12,353 bases of DNA from Promethearchaeota archaeon (GTDB lineage Archaea; Asgardarchaeota; Lokiarchaeia; Sigyniarchaeales; SOKP01). Below the pieces are notes generated by a model. That model searched no databases and was not told the origin of the DNA. It was given only the letters and a program-made list of their open reading frames with translations. Numbering within the stretch: the first letter of the stretch is position 1; the number at the start of each line of letters is the position of its first letter. Shown one piece after another: positions 1-7,870 of the stretch. The DNA lies in assembly GCA_048939995.1 (NCBI GenBank), contig JBHLOY010000032.1, positions 1 to 12,353 of the forward strand. The letters are read 5' to 3'. The position numbers were made by a program, and so were the translations under genes.

Positions 1-581
1 TCAGTACCAATCCATTCTGTAAATTCTGGTAATATTGATGTCCCACCTAGTTCAATAATTTTATCAGAAATAAGACCAACAACAGGATTAGCAGATATTC
101 CAGATATTGAATCTGATGCACCACATTCCAATCCTAATATCAGATTAGAGAAATCAAACGGTTCTCGCTTTAATTCTCTTGCTTCCCTCGACATTCTTTT
201 TCCAATATCTACCCCTTTTTCTATAGCTGCTTTTGAACCCCCGTTTACCTCTTGTAGATTAAAAAATTCTACTGGTTTATTTTCCTTTTTAATACCTTTG
301 GCTATTAACTTATTACTCATGTTTTCGCATCCTAACCCTATGACAATACCTCCATAAATATTAGGATTACTGCCCAATCCAATTAATGTACGTTGAGTAA
401 ATGTAAAGTCTGGACCAAATTGACCACAACCAAGGGGATGAGTTATTGCAACAGCATTTTCCACCCGGTTAGCAATTTGACGAGTAACATTATTAACACA
501 CACAACTGAAGAAATAACAGCAACTTTATTTCTAATACCAACTTTTCCATTTGCTCTCTCATAGCCTAAGAATTCTTCCAT
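1..581 (-). CDS. UxaA-family dehydratase large subunit (altronate/galactarate dehydratase or SuyB-like), truncated at the window edge
   Basis: Not in the ORF track. ATG at 581-579 overlaps the upstream TAA (TAATG), with a GAGGTGA RBS at 595-589. Manual translation gives MEEFLGYERANGKVGIRNKVAVISSVVCVNNV...HPLGCGQ...IGLGCE...LGLECGASDSISGISANPVVG...EFTEWIGT. These match the UxaA motifs GxRN, HxxGC, LGCE and CGxSDxxSGxxANP. The frame is open to the window edge. Confidence 0.92.
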   Translation of the reverse strand, partial: MEEFLGYERANGKVGIRNKVAVISSVVCVNNVTRQIANRVENAVAITHPLGCGQFGPDFTFTQRTLIGLGSNPNIYGGIVIGLGCENMSNKLIAKGIKKENKPVEFFNLQEVNGGSKAAIEKGVDIGKRMSREARELKREPFDFSNLILGLECGASDSISGISANPVVGLISDKIIELGGTSILPEFTEWIGT

Positions 582-859
582 TATTTTATCACCTCATTCA
601 AATAATGGCTCTTAAGGTTATGTGTATGTACCCAGTCTCCGCTCTTAATGTCTTTAATGGCTACACCGATTACCTCACCATATTTCAACACAAATTCACC
701 AGTTTTGATATCAACTAAAGCAAATTTGTGAGCGTTTGGGATTTTCTGGTTCATAATAATAATTCGATCTTTAACTATAATTTTGGTATCTTCCAGAATT
801 TCCGTTAATGCCGTAGCACAGTTATCATTAGGATGCATTACAATGAATTTATTCTGCAA
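581..859 (-). CDS. SAF-domain small subunit of a split UxaA-family dehydratase (SuyA-like)
   Basis: Contains HPNDNCATAL, IPNAHKFALVDIKTGEFVLKYGEVIGVAIKDIKSGDWVHTHNL, typical of the UxaA N-terminal SAF domain. TTG start with GGTGA at 868-864. Confidence 0.92.
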   Translation of the reverse strand: MQNKFIVMHPNDNCATALTEILEDTKIIVKDRIIIMNQKIPNAHKFALVDIKTGEFVLKYGEVIGVAIKDIKSGDWVHTHNLKSHYLNEVIK

Positions 860-892
860 TTAATCACCATATAAGAAATAAAAAAAATTGAT

Positions 893-1270
893 TTATATTA
901 CAGCTATTGCGCTTATCTCTATTAACATTGTTGTTAAAGGAAGATTTGACACTTCTACAGTCACTCTAGCTGGATAACATTCAGTAACTTCATTATCATG
1001 GAAGAACGCTTTGTAGGTTTTATTCATGATAGAAAAATCATTCATATTTTTTAAGTAAACGTTTATACTTACAATTTTAGAGATGCTTCCACCACCAGCT
1101 TCGACAATTTTTTTGATATTCTGCAATGTTGTGTAAGTTTGTTCCTTAATATTAGTTGCTCCTTGCGCTGGACCTTGTCCTGAGATGAAAATTAAATTTC
1201 CGGCCTTTATACCGGGATTATAAGGTCCTACAACAGGTAATCCCGGATTGATAATTTCAATATTTACCAT
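893..1270 (-). CDS. ridA: RidA/YjgF/UK114 family enamine/imine deaminase
   Basis: Contains GPY, IFISGQ, VYLKNMNDFSIMN, PAR (catalytic Arg retained) and IEISAIA. Confidence 0.9.
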   Translation of the reverse strand: MVNIEIINPGLPVVGPYNPGIKAGNLIFISGQGPAQGATNIKEQTYTTLQNIKKIVEAGGGSISKIVSINVYLKNMNDFSIMNKTYKAFFHDNEVTECYPARVTVEVSNLPLTTMLIEISAIAVI

Positions 1271-1291
1271 AAATATTGTTTTCCCCCATAT

Positions 1292-2371
1292 TTAATAATT
1301 TTTTCCCCTAGCTAAAATCTCCCATGTTGCAATTATCTCATCATCTTCTATAACCGTAAAGAAATCATAAAGATTGACAGTTGTACAAATATGAGAAGGA
1401 AATAATTCTAATTTCTGCCCAATTTCGAAGCGATCACTAGGTCCTGCTCTTATAATTGAATGCTCTTCAGTCATCACTCTAAGTTTACTGTTAGGATAAT
1501 TTTTAAAAACAGCATAACCACTATCATTGGAAATAGCCTTTAGCCCAGCATCTATTGTATAAAATCTTTTTGCTGTAGTGTTAGTCACTGTCCCTAAAAC
1601 CGTTGCTGCTATATTGAATTCGGAAGATGTTTGATAATAATGCCAATCATTAAAAATATAAGTACCAGGTTGAATTTCAGTAATTCCTTTTATTTTTCCT
1701 GAAAATTTATAAGTAACAGTGTTTCCAACTGTTAAATACCCGATATTATATCCATTTCGATTTATAAGGTCTCTGGTTTCAACTAATAACTCCATACATT
1801 CTTCAGCTTGCTTTTTTCTTAATTCAGGATCCTTAACTGATACCAAATGACCCTCGTACCCTTGAAGCCCCATTAAACGCAAATTAGATTGATTTTTAAT
1901 TATATTTGCAAGATCAAGAGCTTCATTCCCGGGCTTTACACCATTTCTACCTGATCCCATATCTATTTCAATCAGAATTTCTAATGTAACCTTGTTTTTC
2001 GAAGCAATATTATTTAAATCCAAAATATTTTTCTTTGAGTCAACACACACTCGTACTAATGATTTTTTATTTAATTCAACCAATCTTTTAATTTGACCTA
2101 AATCAATTACTTCATTAGCAATTAATATATCATTAAACCCGTTTTTGGCGAATATTTCTGCTTCACCAACTCGCGCAACACAAATCCCATTAGCTCCTGC
2201 CTCCAACTGCATCTTTCCGATAGCTGGGCATTTATGAGTTTTAACATGAGGACGTAGATTAATATTGTTGTCTTTCGCAAATTTTGCCATAGTGTCAACA
2301 TTTTCTTTCATAATATCGTAATCAATTAAAAGAGCAGGAGTTGATATCGTATCTTTCCAGTTTCTTTCCAA
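1292..2371 (-). CDS. DSD1 / D-threonine-aldolase family PLP-dependent enzyme (alanine-racemase fold type III)
   Basis: Contains TPALLID, LRPHVKTHK (PLP lysine), GLQGYEGH, EIQPGTYIFND, DAGLK, EEH and HICTTVN (His/Cys metal site). TTG start with GGGAGGGA at 2388-2381. The substrate cannot be determined from sequence. Confidence 0.9.
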   Translation of the reverse strand: MERNWKDTISTPALLIDYDIMKENVDTMAKFAKDNNINLRPHVKTHKCPAIGKMQLEAGANGICVARVGEAEIFAKNGFNDILIANEVIDLGQIKRLVELNKKSLVRVCVDSKKNILDLNNIASKNKVTLEILIEIDMGSGRNGVKPGNEALDLANIIKNQSNLRLMGLQGYEGHLVSVKDPELRKKQAEECMELLVETRDLINRNGYNIGYLTVGNTVTYKFSGKIKGITEIQPGTYIFNDWHYYQTSSEFNIAATVLGTVTNTTAKRFYTIDAGLKAISNDSGYAVFKNYPNSKLRVMTEEHSIIRAGPSDRFEIGQKLELFPSHICTTVNLYDFFTVIEDDEIIATWEILARGKNY

Positions 2372-2480
2372 GGTATATAATCCCTCCCAAATTTTATAAT
2401 CTCCAAAATAGAAAATAATATTTGTAACAATTCTTTTTTTTATTTAATCTAATCTTTTCAGAATTTTTTTGTGATAAAAT

Positions 2481-3827
2481 ATGCCTAAATTTTCAAAAGA
2501 ACCATTACGAGGTATGGACGATTTATATCCTGAAGATTTACGTGAAGTTAATTGGATAATTGATACCCTAAGAGATGTTGCTGAACGTTATGGGTTTGAA
2601 GAATATGAGACTCCTCAGCTAGAACCAATTGAAATTTTTGCTGCAAAGTCTTCAGATGAACTTGTTTATGAGCAATCTTTTATTGTCGAAAGAAAAGAAG
2701 GAGAAAAATTAATTTTGATTCCTGAACTCACTCCTTCACTAGCTAGAATTGTCGCGAAAAAGAGCCAAGAGTTAAAGAAACCAATTAGATGGTATTCCAT
2801 GCCAACATGTTTTAGATATGAAAGACCTCAGAAAGGACGTCGTCGAGAATTCAAACAATTTAATGCTGATATCCTCGGTGAAGATGGTCTTTATGCTGAT
2901 CTGGAGATATTTAATCTAATAGTAGACATTTTTGAAGAATTTGGAGCCACTTCTAATCAATTTCAAATCTATTACAATAGTCGCCGCTTTATGGATGCGA
3001 TCTGTACTATTGTTCTAGAATTAGACAATCAGAAGTTACCTTTCATTTATAAAGTATTGGATAAATCTGATAAGATGGAAGCAGATGAATTCGAAAAGTT
3101 AGTTACAGATTCATTTCAAGATAAGAATATAATTCAAGGAGTTCTAAAATTAAAAGAGTCTAAAGCTGTAAATGATTTATTAAAAAAATTTAATAATATA
3201 CCTGATGAATTCTATAATTCCCAAGGATATCAAGAATTGATAACTTTTGAGAAATATTTAAAAGAAATTGGGATTTCAGATTACTGCTCTTTTTCATCAA
3301 GTGTTGTTCGCGGACTTGATTATTACACAGGAATTGTTTATGAAGTATTTGATACTGGCAAAGAAAACATAAGAAGTATCTTTGGGGGAGGGCGTTATGA
3401 TGACTTATTATCTTTATTCTCCGATGAGAAAATCTCAGGCACTGGTTTTGGTATGGGTGTCTTAATGTTAAGTCTATTTTTAGAAACCTACCAATTAATT
3501 CCTAAAGAAGTTAGGGAAAAGGATTTTACTGACACAATCTATATTGCATCTGTTGATGAGAGTGTCTCACTGTATAGTTTTAAAATAGCTCAAATAGTTC
3601 GAAAAGAAGAATTTCCGTGCTTAATCGATTTTAGGTTCAAAAGTTTGAAAAGTCAACTAAGTAAAGCGAATGATTTGGGAATTTTAATTACTTTAATCGT
3701 TGGAACCAAAGAAATGGAGGAAAATAAAGTAACGTTAAGAAATATGAAAACTGAAGAACAAAAAACAATTAACATCAAAAATATGATCGAACAAATCTAT
3801 GAAATTTTAGATGAATTTGGAGAATAA
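2481..3827 (+). CDS. hisS: Histidine--tRNA ligase
   Basis: Contains RGMDD, PELTPSLAR, FRYERPQKGRRREFKQ, VRGLDYYTG and GGGRYD, plus a C-terminal anticodon-binding domain (KSLKSQLSKAN...VGTKE). Confidence 0.96.
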   Translation: MPKFSKEPLRGMDDLYPEDLREVNWIIDTLRDVAERYGFEEYETPQLEPIEIFAAKSSDELVYEQSFIVERKEGEKLILIPELTPSLARIVAKKSQELKKPIRWYSMPTCFRYERPQKGRRREFKQFNADILGEDGLYADLEIFNLIVDIFEEFGATSNQFQIYYNSRRFMDAICTIVLELDNQKLPFIYKVLDKSDKMEADEFEKLVTDSFQDKNIIQGVLKLKESKAVNDLLKKFNNIPDEFYNSQGYQELITFEKYLKEIGISDYCSFSSSVVRGLDYYTGIVYEVFDTGKENIRSIFGGGRYDDLLSLFSDEKISGTGFGMGVLMLSLFLETYQLIPKEVREKDFTDTIYIASVDESVSLYSFKIAQIVRKEEFPCLIDFRFKSLKSQLSKANDLGILITLIVGTKEMEENKVTLRNMKTEEQKTINIKNMIEQIYEILDEFGE

Positions 3828-3885
3828 AAGAAATAATTTTTTTATACGCATTTGTTATTATATTTAAATAAAGCTCTGATATATT

Positions 3886-4809
3886 ATGCATTTTATTGAA
3901 CGCTTAATTGAACTAATCCACGATAAACACAGTGTTGTCTGTATGGGGCTTGATCCCAGAATGGAAAAAGAAGGAGAAATCCCTAATTATTTAATCAAAC
4001 AGTACGAAAACCCAAATACAATTATTTTAGAGTTTAATAAAACATTAATAGAAGCAAATCACGATTTAATTCCTTTAATTAAGCCTCAAATGGCTTTTTA
4101 TGAAAAATATGAAGCATTAAATGCTTTAAAGGAGACCATTAATTTTGCCCATAAAAATGATTTATTAGTTATTTTGGATTCAAAGCGAAACGACATTGGA
4201 ACTACTTCTAAGGCATATGCTGATGCTACTTTTCATGCATATAATGCTGATGCTTGTACTTTGAACGCATATCTGGGTTTTGATAGTATAAAACCTTATT
4301 TGGAATTTTACGATGAAAAAGGATTATTTTTACTAGTAAAAACTTCTAACCCTAGTAGCCATGAATTTCAGGATTTATTTAGTATTAAATTAGATAACAT
4401 TAACAATGATGAAATTGAAGTAGAAAAAGATAAAGTTAAGTTGCAGAGGAATTACGTTCAAATGGCTAAACTTGTAAAAGAGTGGGGCAAAAATTTACAA
4501 AACTTTAATCAATATAATAACTTAGGCGTTGTAGTTGGAGCAACATTTCCTCAAGAATTAAAATCAATAAGAGAAATTGTTAATAATTCCTTTATATTAA
4601 TACCTGGTTATGGTGCTCAAGGAGCCCAATTAAAAGATATTAAGTATGGATTTCACCCGAATGGGATGGGGGGAATAGTTAACTCTTCGCGTGCTATTAT
4701 TTATGCCTATAATAAAAAAACTAAGTATCCTCCCGAAAAATATGAAAAAGCAGCAAGAGATGAAATTATTGATATGAATAATCTTATAAATAAGATAATA
4801 GGATTATAA
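3886..4809 (+). CDS. pyrF: Orotidine-5'-phosphate decarboxylase (subfamily 2 type)
   Basis: Contains CMGLDP, KPQMAFYE, ILDSKRNDIGTT (DxKxxDI), KTSNP, GVVVGAT, LIPGYGAQG and VNSSRAI. Confidence 0.96.
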   Translation: MHFIERLIELIHDKHSVVCMGLDPRMEKEGEIPNYLIKQYENPNTIILEFNKTLIEANHDLIPLIKPQMAFYEKYEALNALKETINFAHKNDLLVILDSKRNDIGTTSKAYADATFHAYNADACTLNAYLGFDSIKPYLEFYDEKGLFLLVKTSNPSSHEFQDLFSIKLDNINNDEIEVEKDKVKLQRNYVQMAKLVKEWGKNLQNFNQYNNLGVVVGATFPQELKSIREIVNNSFILIPGYGAQGAQLKDIKYGFHPNGMGGIVNSSRAIIYAYNKKTKYPPEKYEKAARDEIIDMNNLINKIIGL

Positions 4810-5214
4810 CTTTCCTATAAAATTTCCAAGAAAATACATACTAAATATAAGCGGTACGATTACTAAAGCTATAACTGCTAATGAGCGTTTAAGGCCAACT
4901 TGGTGAATAACATTAACAGCTTGTAAATCAATGAAAAATGCAATAATGGCTACTGGAATTATTGCTACAGGATCTCCCTGAAAAGCACCTGCAAAACCAA
5001 GGAGTATTAAAGGAGAACCAATTGCAAGAGTTAAGCCAACCAGAATTAAAAAACTATAACCAACCCATTTTAGATTGGCTCTTTTTTCAGCTTTTACAAT
5101 TATTAAACCTAGCTTTAATAATATGAAAACTACGGCAAAAAGAGCCCCCGCAATGAATAACTCTTTATAATCTCCAATTGAACCCATTCCAGTTTGAAAA
5201 AGATTGAACAGCAT
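4804..5214 (-). CDS. Hypothetical membrane protein, about 4 TM helices
   Basis: 136-aa ORF with four long hydrophobic segments that fills the space between pyrF and the hdrA upstream region. No family recognised. Confidence 0.8.
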   Translation of the reverse strand: MLFNLFQTGMGSIGDYKELFIAGALFAVVFILLKLGLIIVKAEKRANLKWVGYSFLILVGLTLAIGSPLILLGFAGAFQGDPVAIIPVAIIAFFIDLQAVNVIHQVGLKRSLAVIALVIVPLIFSMYFLGNFIGKL

Positions 5215-5347
5215 TTCTTAACCTATTTATGAAGATTCATCTTATTAATAGAATATTTTTTAGTTCCGAAACTTATGAAAGATATATAAAAGATTTTTGA
5301 TTTAAAGTTAATTTTTTAATATAATAATTGAATTAAATTGAAATATT

Positions 5348-5360
5348 AAGGTTTATAATT
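5348..5360 (+). promoter_or_regulatory. Candidate archaeal TATA box for hdrA-mvhD
   Basis: TTTATAA at 5352-5358 in the divergent intergenic region 5215-5421. The region is very AT-rich and has alternatives (for example GATATATAAA at 5281-5290), so specificity is low. Confidence 0.3.
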
Positions 5361-5421
5361 ATATTTATCAGAATTAGTCGGAGGATATAATTAAAAAAAA
5401 GATAGAAAGGATTGATATGCA

Positions 5422-7398
5422 ATGGTAGAAACGCAGATTGAAGAGAAAAAATCTATTGATGAGATTAGAATATTTGTTGCAATTTGTCAATGAGGTATTA
5501 ATGTTGCTGAAATCATTGACACAAAAGCCTTAGCAGAATATTCAATGAAGTTACCTAATGTAGTTGAGGCATTAGATTATATATCATTATGTACCGAACC
5601 TGGAGCAGAATTTATAAAAGAAAAAATGCTGGAAGCTAACGCTAATCGACTTGTTGTAGCCTCTTGTACCCCTAAGACACACGAACCAGTATTCAAAAGT
5701 GTATTAGAATCGATGGGATTGGATTCATCATATTTAGAATTTGTGAATATCCGTGAACATGCAAGCTTTGTTCATCGAAACGATAAGCAAGGTGCCCAAA
5801 AAACTGCTGAAGATGCAATTAGATCTGGAGTGGCTAGAGCAGAAGTATTAGAAAAGATTTTAGTAAAAGAAGTAGATATTACAAAAAAGACTCTAATAAT
5901 TGGGGGCGGAGTAGCTGGATTAAGTGCTGGTATAGATCTTGCAGAAGAGGGATTTGAAGTTTTTCTTGTAGAAAAAAGCCCAACTATTGGGGGAAAAATG
6001 GCAATGCTTGATCGAACATTCCCAACAGATGATTGCAGCATATGAATACTGGGCCCAGTAATGTTACTATCTTCGAGAACTCCTGGTATGAATTTATATA
6101 CATATAGTGAAATCGAAGATATTACTGGATTTGTAGGGAATTTTAAGGTTAAAATTCGAAAAAAGGCGAGATATGTAAATAATGATTGTAACGGATGTGG
6201 TTCGTGCTTTGAAGTATGTCCAGCATACGGATACGATGAATTTAATGAGGGAATGAACCCTCGAAAAGCAATTTATTCATCGTTTGCTCAAGCTGTTCCC
6301 TCAATAGCTCAGATTGATATGACAAAATGCATCAAATGTGGGTTATGCCAAAATGTATGTGAATTAGAAGCGATTGACTTTGACCAAGAAGATGAGATAA
6401 TTGAAATTGATGTAGGTTCAATAATAGTTGCAACTGGTTGGGATGAATATGAACCTGAAACTGGCTATTTAGGCTATAATGTTTATCCCAATGTTATAAC
6501 TCAACTAAAACTTGAAAGGATGTTGGCCCCAAATGGTCCAACCATTGGTCATCTTGTACGACCATCCGATGGTAAAAAACCGAGAAATGTTCTTGTTATC
6601 CAATGTGTTGGATCTAGAGATTTAACCAAACAAACTTATTGTAGTGCTGGAGTATGCTGTATGATTTCTATTAAAAATACTAAACTCATAAAGCAACATG
6701 ATCCAGAAATAGATATAACTGTCGCATACATGGATATTCGAGCAGCTGGAAAAGACTATGAAGAGTACTTTACCGCTTCAAGAAAAGAAGGAATAAGATA
6801 CGTAAGAACTAACATTTCAAAGATTTACGAAGATCCAGAGACTCATAACCTTAAAGTAATTCTCCAGAATACTCTAGGCAATGCCAAATTAAAAGAGTTT
6901 GAATATGATATGGTTATATTATCGTGCGCAATGATTCCACCAAAAGGTATTGAAAAACTTCAAAAAGTATTGAAACTTGAGACAAGCCAGGATGGATTTT
7001 TTAAGGAATTTCATTCGAGATTAAATCCAATTGACACTAAAATACCTGGGATCGTTCTTGCTGGTGTAAGTCAAGGACCTAAATCTATTGCGGAATCTAT
7101 TGCCCAAGGAAGAGCTGCTGCATCATCTTTAGCACGACTTATGAGTAAAGATAAATATCGAATTCTATTAATTAGAGCAAACGTAGAAAAAGAAAAATGT
7201 GCAAAGTGTGGACTATGTGAGCTTAATTGTCCATATGAAGCAATCAAAATTGAATCTGATGGCGCTGAAGTAAATGAGATATTATGTAGAGGATGTGGTT
7301 CATGTTTAGCCAATTGCCCTTCTGAAGCGATTACTTTACGATATTATCGAGAGCCTCAATATGAAAAACAAATAGATGCAATATTAGAAGAGATATAG
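5422..7398 (+). CDS. hdrA: Heterodisulfide reductase subunit A-like flavoprotein, selenoprotein with 2 Sec (U24 at 5491-5493, U208 at 6043-6045), 658 aa
   Basis: ATG 5422, the ORF at 5545 and the ORF at 6061 share one frame, interrupted only by two TGAs. The contexts are RIFVAICQ-U-GINV (canonical HdrA RIGVxVCxCGxNI) and DRTFPTDDCSI-U-ILGPVM (canonical DKTFPTxDCSxCILxP). Also present are SCTPKTHE, VNIREH, the FAD motif IIGGGVAG, inserted and C-terminal ferredoxin CxxCxxCxxxC(P) motifs, and QCVGSRD...CSAGVCCM. Ends in TAG. Confidence 0.95.
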
Positions 7399-7400
7399 AA

Positions 7401-7406
7401 AGGTGA
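7401..7406 (+). promoter_or_regulatory. Archaeal-type Shine-Dalgarno (AGGTGA) of mvhD
   Basis: AGGTGA lies 5 nt before ATG 7412. The same (G)GTGA core precedes the starts at 581, 859, 2481, 8112 and 8923. Confidence 0.75.
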
Positions 7407-7411
7407 GATAA

Positions 7412-7870
7412 ATGGCTACTAAAAATGATGTTAAAATTCTGGCTTTTATGTGTTGGAAATGAGGTTATGGAGCGGGGGATATGGCAGGTACTATTCGAGC
7501 ACAATATCCTGCGACGATAAGACCAATTAGAATAAATTGTACTGGTAGAGTCACCCCCAGTCTTATAATGAGAGCAATAGGAAAAGGGGCCGATGGGGTT
7601 ATTGTTGCAGGATGATATGAAGGAGAATGCGATTATGAGACAGGAAACTTAGTTGCTGCTAAAAACGTTAAATATACTCAAGAAGTGTTAAAAACAGCAG
7701 GAATTTCCCCAGATAGAATTCAAATGTTTCATTGTAGTGCGGCTGAAGGTCAAAAGTTCCAAGAAGAAGTTACGAGAATATCTGAAATAATAGAAAGACT
7801 TGGTAAAAATCCAATAAATGAATCTCTCAATAAAGTAAAAGAAGAAAAAGGAAAAAAGCCGAAAGAATGA
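7412..7870 (+). CDS. mvhD: MvhD/VhuD/FlpD hydrogenase iron-sulfur subunit, selenoprotein with 2 Sec (U17 at 7460-7462, U68 at 7613-7615), 152 aa
   Basis: Manual translation: MATKNDVKILAFMCWK-U-GYGAGDMAGTIRAQYPATIRPIRINCTGRVTPSLIMRAIGKGADGVIVAG-U-YEGECDYETGN...RIQMFHCSAAEGQKFQEEV...LGKNP...KPKE. This matches the MvhD motifs CxxC, RxxCxGR, GADGVxxxGCxxGxC and SAAE, with TGA at two Cys positions. It is in frame with the ORF-track fragment 7685..7870. Confidence 0.95.

Noticed and set aside
5275-5300. ATGA...GA upstream of hdrA as a 5' SECIS
   Set aside because: It has only 4-5 weak A-U/G-U pairs, overlaps a TATA-like sequence and probably lies outside the transcript.
5772-6041. 89-aa minus-strand ORF
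   Set aside because: Antisense shadow inside hdrA, with no recognisable motif.
7231-7262. CCAT-ATGA-AG-CAAT-CAAA-ATTG-AAT-CT-GA-TGG inside hdrA as an internal SECIS
   Set aside because: The upper stem is only 6 bp with a 3-nt bulge, and the sequence is explained by the CPYEAI ferredoxin motif. It is still worth including in a covariance scan.
7071-7313. 80-aa minus-strand ORF
   Set aside because: Antisense shadow inside hdrA.
5489-7465. Shared AATGAGGT context at the first Sec codon of both genes
   Set aside because: It is explained by U-G in both protein motifs plus A/T-ending codon bias.
5422-7870. hdrA and mvhD as pseudogenes, or as separate short ORFs (5545..6045, 6061..7398, 7685..7870)
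   Set aside because: All interruptions are TGA at conserved Cys sites, with intact frames, an RBS and a SECIS-like element. Random decay would not produce this.
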